A DNA stretch of 64,000 nucleotides from the NCBI GenBank assembly GCA_032718475.1, contig JAUCBJ010007613.1, positions 1 through 64,000 on the forward strand, read 5' to 3'. Positions 61,501-64,000 of the stretch are shown piece after piece (the stretch's first letter is position 1; each line of letters begins with the position of its first letter). A program made the position numbers and the translations under genes. Below the pieces are notes generated by a model that saw nothing but the letters and a program-made list of their open reading frames with translations, was not told the origin of the DNA and searched no databases. Source of the stretch: Nemertoderma westbladi (lineage: Eukaryota; Animalia; Xenacoelomorpha).

Positions 61501-64000
61501 GATTGCCTGAGCTTTGGTAATGCGTTTGACGTGTTGTGTTCTGGTTTCGGCCTATGGTAATCGGTTCTTGGTCCCTTTCCCAGGCTGTCCTCACTATAGA
61601 CTGGGTCGGTTATTAATTCGGCTTCGTAATTTAAGAAGCTCGACATTTCTTCTAAACCCGGTTCCGCACCCTTCCTATCTCGAGTGGAGAAAGCGATTTT
61701 CCTCCACTTGTTGCGCAGCCATATCGGTAGTGCCTGCGCTATCGTGGTGATGTTGTTGGACGCGTTGAGTTCGTATGGCGCTCTAGCGTCTTTAGCACGA
61801 TTAGCGCCTTCTCGACTTTATTAGCGAATGTCTTTATGCTAACGGGGTTATCCTGTAGGCCACCCGATGTTATGCCCCTCAGGGTTTGCCGGATGATCTT
61901 GGCCGGGTGCCCGTATTCCCTGTCCAGTGCCCGCCATGCCGTCGTGAAGCCGCCCTCTATGCCCTGGTATTGCCTCACGATGTCGTATGCTGGGCCTCCT
62001 GTGTATACTTGCAGATATTTTAGGCACTCCGCCTGCGTCAAGTTCTTTGTTAGTATTTCGTTACTATACATGCGCCGAAACTGTAGATATTCTTCCGGCC
62101 TACTCCCATCGAATTTGAATGGTTCCACGGGTGGTAACTCGATCCTCGTTTTTAACGCATCGATCAACGTGGCCATCCCCATCGCCTGCGCTTCCAATGG
62201 GTTCGATGGATGTTGTATAGTTTCTCCTGTTGGGTGTGGTCCGTCCGTCCTATTTCCTGCCTTCCTTTGGCTTGGGTATATCATTGGGGGTAGCGGCCCC
62301 CTCCATATTTCTGTGTCGCATGATCCTATTTTCATCCAAGGGTCTCGTTGTTCTTGCTCCTATCGGGGTATATTGTTGATATTGTGATGGGGGAATGTCA
62401 CCCTGTCCCCCCCCCCCCCCCCCACCGGTATGTTTGGTACTGGGGTTGATGTTAATATATTGGGGCCCATGCACCTATCCGCAATAGTTCCCCCCTCCCC
62501 TGGGTATATGTTATGTCCTTGCATGCTGTAGTCATACTGCTGTGACTGGTACCGGTATAGGCCTATCAGCTTCTGGCCTACCTGCCGGTATGTACTCCGC
62601 GACCTCCGGGTTCAATCCCGTCGACCGCGCTATCCTATCGCCTACATTATTCCTGTCAGCATGGCCTATGGTATGTGCAGTAAGGCCTACAGTATGTCCT
62701 ACAGTCTGTATGTGTCGCTCGGGATCGAAGTTTATTCTTCTCGAATAATCCTCCCCGCGGCTACCGTATTCTCGATCGGCAGGTATATCCCGTCGGAAAG
62801 TTTCTCTTCGACCCCCTCTACTGCTCTCGTCTTCGTACCGGTACATCGTGTACCCCTCTCTCGACGCGTAATGCGCCTCGTCAGGTCGCGTCTCTCCGGG
62901 ACGACGGCAATCTCCCGAAGTTCGACCCCACCGACACTCTCTTTCCATCTCGACTACCGACGGCTCGCTATCCGTCCTCGCTCTCCTATCGTTCGCGGCG
63001 ATACTTCTCCTACTGTCTTCTCTTCTTCTCCTTTCAGTGCAGTATTCCCGCTCGTGAGATCTCTCGTCGACCTCCCGGTTAAACTCCACTGTTCTTCTTC
63101 CCTCTTCTGATCGGGCTCGACGCTCCGTCCGCCCTCTCGCGACGTCAACCTGCCTCTCTCTGCTCGATCGCACGCCGCTGGGGATACTCGCAATCCCCCT
63201 ATCACTCTCCGTCGCCGGGTGTTGCGGTTTACCTAATTCGGCCCGCGCATTATCCGCCGACGCCTGTGGGACACTCTCTGCCCCCCCCCCCCCCCTCTCG
63301 CCACTAACTTCTCGCTGTGGGGCTCCTATAGCCCCCCCCCCCCCACTCACCACATATCACGCCGCTACCTCTTACTTCACTTCTACACCCCTCTCCAGTC
63401 GACACAATGTTTCTACTGCGGCTGGGTTCGCTTACCCCTGCCTCTCTCTCCACTACTACTTGGCCTACCGGGCCTACTCCGGGTTGGCTCAACCCCGCCA
63501 CCTCCTGCCTACTAATCACGTGGCCTACCAGGCCCACCTCGGGTTGACTCAACCCCGTCGCTTCCTGCCTACTAATTACGTGGCCTACCAGGCCCACCCC
63601 GGGTTGGCTCAACCCTGCCACCTCCTGCCTACTAACTACGTGGCCTACCAGGCCTACCCCGGGTTGGCTCAACCCCGCCACCTCCTGCCTACTAATCACG
63701 CGGTCCACGCTTCCAGACTATACACGCCCGACGCGTTCACATTAATAGCACCACAGGTACAGTTATTGGTTAAATCAATTAAATCTTCCACCCCAGTTAA
63801 ATTATTTTGTGTACCCAAATTAGAAACGGAATTATTTTGTTCGTTCAAAATAAAGCTAGTCGGATTATTTTGTGCAATTGCGTTACTTGGATTATTTTGT
63901 AAATTCGAATTCGGGTTATTATTTAGATTATTTGGATTATTTTGCGTAACTACATTAATATTAGAATTATTCGGATTTAAATTTAAATTACTACTACTAG
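58589..64000 (-). pseudogene. Frameshifted gag-pol of element E
   Basis: Capsid (PFKFDGSRPEEYLQFRR), knuckles, LVDSGA, FYVDD, WTDS, NPADLLSRG; 60-bp (20-aa) repeat x4 at ~63470-63700. Confidence 0.92.

Larger units (their letters stand above)
55725..64000 (-). mobile_element. BEL/Pao element E (A-family relative; internal deletion; runs off the window)
   Basis: 3' LTR, PPT, C-terminal half of the extra ORF, RNase H/RT/protease/gag. A deletion near 58590 removes integrase, spacer and exonuclease. Confidence 0.92.

Overview
Animal (probably marine invertebrate) genomic DNA; the organism cannot be determined from the sequence. The first ~6 kb is host-like. It holds an intronless HIG1-domain gene (+), a 928-bp foldback/MULE-type MITE with a 9-bp TSD, a 65-bp palindrome, two minisatellites, and a spliced gene (-) that the ORF track shows only in part, encoding a secreted Trp-rich + ShKT peptide. 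From 6149 to the end is a nest of retroelements. BEL/Pao element A is interrupted by an RTE-like LINE. The LINE holds BEL element C and, further on, BEL element E. C holds the intact 15.8-kb BEL element B (TSD ATCGG) and a solo-LTR-like insert F, and F holds the young non-autonomous element D (TSD AGTCA). Highlights: (1) neither element with a visible 5' LTR has a tRNA-type PBS; the bases next to the LTR are instead complementary to a segment inside their own LTR, suggesting self-priming in BEL/Pao elements; (2) the A/E family carries an extra ORF with a DEDD-like 3'-5' exonuclease and three CCHC knuckles; (3) C carries a different orphan extra ORF, visible only after excising B; (4) the 3' regions of A and D contain arrays of small covarying hairpins. 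All calls are by-eye readings; no searches were run.
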